A DNA stretch of 61,655 bases, the filler included, from Vannella sp. (taxonomy: Eukaryota), in NCBI GenBank assembly GCA_023345925.1. It is 6 parts of 6 records of this genome, joined end to end, with 100 filler letters (N's around TTAATTAATTAA, not from the genome) between each part and the next. Parts side by side here need not be neighbours in the genome. Positions count along the whole stretch, not along the records: positions 55,684 to 61,655 come from JAJQQN010000939.1; 5 more parts are not named here. The stretch is one strand, 5' to 3'. The notes under the pieces were generated by a model. That model saw only the letters and a program-made list of their open reading frames with translations, was not told the origin of the DNA and did not search any database. Both the position numbers and the translations under genes were made by a program. Below are positions 60,401 to 61,655 of this stretch, one piece after another. Each line of letters begins with the position of its first letter. The first letter of the stretch is position 1.

Positions 60401-61655
60401 GACTCTCTTGAGCACCCTTCCATTGGATGAGAGAGATCATTTCAACTCCTTCAGAAGAATGCTTCTCCACCAGAAAAGAGAGGAGAATACGGACGAGGCG
60501 TCGAATGAGCTTACGCGAAGATGGCGGAACAGAAAACCGTCGGCTGAATGTGGATATAATATCGAGCGCTCGAAGAGCCAGAGCAATCGAAGTGAATGGA
60601 AGGAGAAGTAAAACCAACAATCCTTCCATCGGCACAAGATTTCGCTCTCCTTTCAATCCCAGCTCCTGGAGGTGGTCAAGGAGAGCCTCCACTGGACCCG
60701 TAGGAAGTTGTTGAAGGAGAAGCTGAACGTCTCTTTCTTTGGCAAGTTGAACCAAATAGGGGATGTAACCAGACTGTTCGAAAGCCATATGAAGTACCTC
60801 TCCTTGCACTTGACTGGAGTGGAGCATGACAGCACAGAAAGTAGAAACAGACATCTTCAGGAACAAATGGCGCTTCCAGGAAGGAAATTGAGATGCACTT
60901 AGCATTCCAGATACTTTTTGAGGCGCCAGTTCTCTCCATAAGTCCATACAAGAACAGCGAATGGTACGCAAGAGCTTAAAGAAGAGCAGATGGAGAGTTG
61001 AGTCATTCTGGGAGATTACTCGAGCAAGAATGGACTGAATTGTGCTGATTGCCTCGTCACTTAGCTCCTTCTGAGAGTAACTTTCGGTCAACTGCAGCAG
61101 ATGGATGGAATACTGAAGAAGGCGATGAACCATCACTCTTAGGCCAGAGCTGCCCACTTCAACAAGAGGAAGCTTAGAAGTTAGTGCACGCGCAATCACG
61201 CTACAAAGGAATGTCTTCAGTGATTGAGCAGGGAGAAGCAACTCCAATTGGGCCAAATCTTCAGATCGAACGCGATCACAAAAACAGTGAAGAAGAGGGA
61301 GAATGCCAGGAAAGTCTAGCGGGCCAGAAGAGCAAAGGGAGCGTTCTACTGAAGCTGTAAGTGACTTAACTACTTGCTCGATACTAATAGCGGAAGAATC
61401 CAGCCCGGTCAGTAAGTTTTGAACTGCTTCAATCTCCCGCATGTTCTTGGAGAGGAAAGGTTGAGAAACTGAGCGATCTATCAGTGTGTCGAAGAGCTGT
61501 TTGGAGTAGTCCTGGAAAGTTGCTGGAGCTCTATTCTTCAGCACATTTAAGATGGAAGTCAATGCTTTAGCCGCTGTGACAAGAGGAAGCTTCTCTTTCA
61601 GGTTTTGGAAGAAGGAATCTCTCAATTCCTCCGTCCCTGAGGGCGGCTTTGAAGC
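57429..61655 (-). CDS. HTT: Huntingtin homolog, C-terminal ~1400 aa (5'-truncated)
   Basis: 'LMLSCMYTG', 'ERAKILF.KL..G..CEA..V..ILP.LL.DFF....VL....GEF' and 'W..LCL.NF.Q..P.....WAIACLF' match the huntingtin C-terminal HEAT region. Confidence 0.88.
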   Translation of the reverse strand, partial: ASKPPSGTEELRDSFFQNLKEKLPLVTAAKALTSILNVLKNRAPATFQDYSKQLFDTLIDRSVSQPFLSKNMREIEAVQNLLTGLDSSAISIEQVVKSLTASVERSLCSSGPLDFPGILPLLHCFCDRVRSEDLAQLELLLPAQSLKTFLCSVIARALTSKLPLVEVGSSGLRVMVHRLLQYSIHLLQLTESYSQKELSDEAISTIQSILARVISQNDSTLHLLFFKLLRTIRCSCMDLWRELAPQKVSGMLSASQFPSWKRHLFLKMSVSTFCAVMLHSSQVQGEVLHMAFEQSGYIPYLVQLAKERDVQLLLQQLPTGPVEALLDHLQELGLKGERNLVPMEGLLVLLLLPFTSIALALRALDIISTFSRRFSVPPSSRKLIRRLVRILLSFLVEKHSSEGVEMISLIQWKGAQESLTHLLASTSYREGSDQVRVLRDGIEFVEAQLTSEEPEEVSESQNLTVTGSQKELLDLFLTQECRSLVALGHLSVPILLELLAGEKLSPQDVESFVLDPRGFSHFQSSESAGVTDLLAFEVKVVAPSVRDSVVAFFVKRLTASSCHQFTERATLANSLAVLAGAHSSLVQSVVTECTLGSLSQFCSDSIDLYLEEERYRFRSREDHTLSGVFQLLAFAMSMPDTLSWISEQNNLCTLLSSLTKVYWLALDISELLLPALTSPHRREIDWEITSKEDMILDMIVDLTCPAQRFSFITERDTRSSTHFKKAHGEDTCSAFIDLLSCLTRQVHPFVYPELVEEDEDIFLETPIKALGMTASDVELLQNAVLMLPVVFVRDEEHLHKAVELFQSILKSKLASEPLQVVAAQGLAVIVSILDFISQHISSLTAKPEQSKAGYFLGSAAGLQLLRLQEALEFPDHYKFLSGCMMPQPSKFTCTDVEVSLSERFRALHKTASATPSLTHYLFEKRYPWVTKELLETVAGTASTILLSVANGISEERGMLFLKQQCTSALLAVTHLVPLDHLQSILQLTGSIIDQDPSGDSEGVQIAVVGFSRAACQAHSLGATNSSNALPISTIPTKIRRCLEMGSISGQIAGLKAFLSVIRSDLPEVNNPLLALIFPYLLQCLKKSDNPNTISEHQAYLIATVFIILERFTREAEQSNFSRSALEILIPKAVDEACCPYLTGMIFRGLNSLLVSFSLSHAQRSLVRSCALQSLPTHLFMPAFSLMLSCMYTGDKNDVQNGVNPTDDPDQMVQMDNVERAKILFHKLHQGVLCEAEAVTQILPHLLVDFFAMEQVLSLILGEFVRTRMSQRPRMVARVLFCVIQQYQITQPTKMNVVMKWICLCLKNFIQMEPFVYSKWAIACLFMTVSPSLACSALHSETIQGFPQATLPDALFLRSAIDFYCHPSLSTRRRESFLGIFDTPNPLFQLVVAHCRRIPSDTLPDIDDP

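Overview
Gene-dense eukaryotic DNA, not a prokaryotic locus. It consists of six contigs joined by artificial 100-nt linkers (44 N + TTAATTAATTAA + 44 N) at 22470, 29762, 40707, 47967 and 55584, so adjacency across these points is meaningless. Genes carry short (mostly ~43-55 nt) GT-AG introns. A CudA-like factor, huntingtin, TSET subunit TSAUCER and a stand-alone HPt protein together suggest an amoebozoan protist. About 30 protein-coding genes can be reconstructed. I see no rRNA, tRNA, CRISPR array or transposon. Main observations: (1) a compact ~647-aa protein in which an intact MYCBP2-type RING-Cys-relay E3 ligase module is fused to a polytopic membrane domain; (2) a MIR-less protein O-mannosyltransferase with an N-terminal trefoil domain; (3) a giant bacterial-type alpha-2-macroglobulin-like protein with no evident signal peptide; (4) a four-copy birth-and-death array of an unrecognised, probably DNA-binding protein family; (5) frequent AAG splice acceptors. 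All family assignments come from motif recognition by eye; no searches were run.
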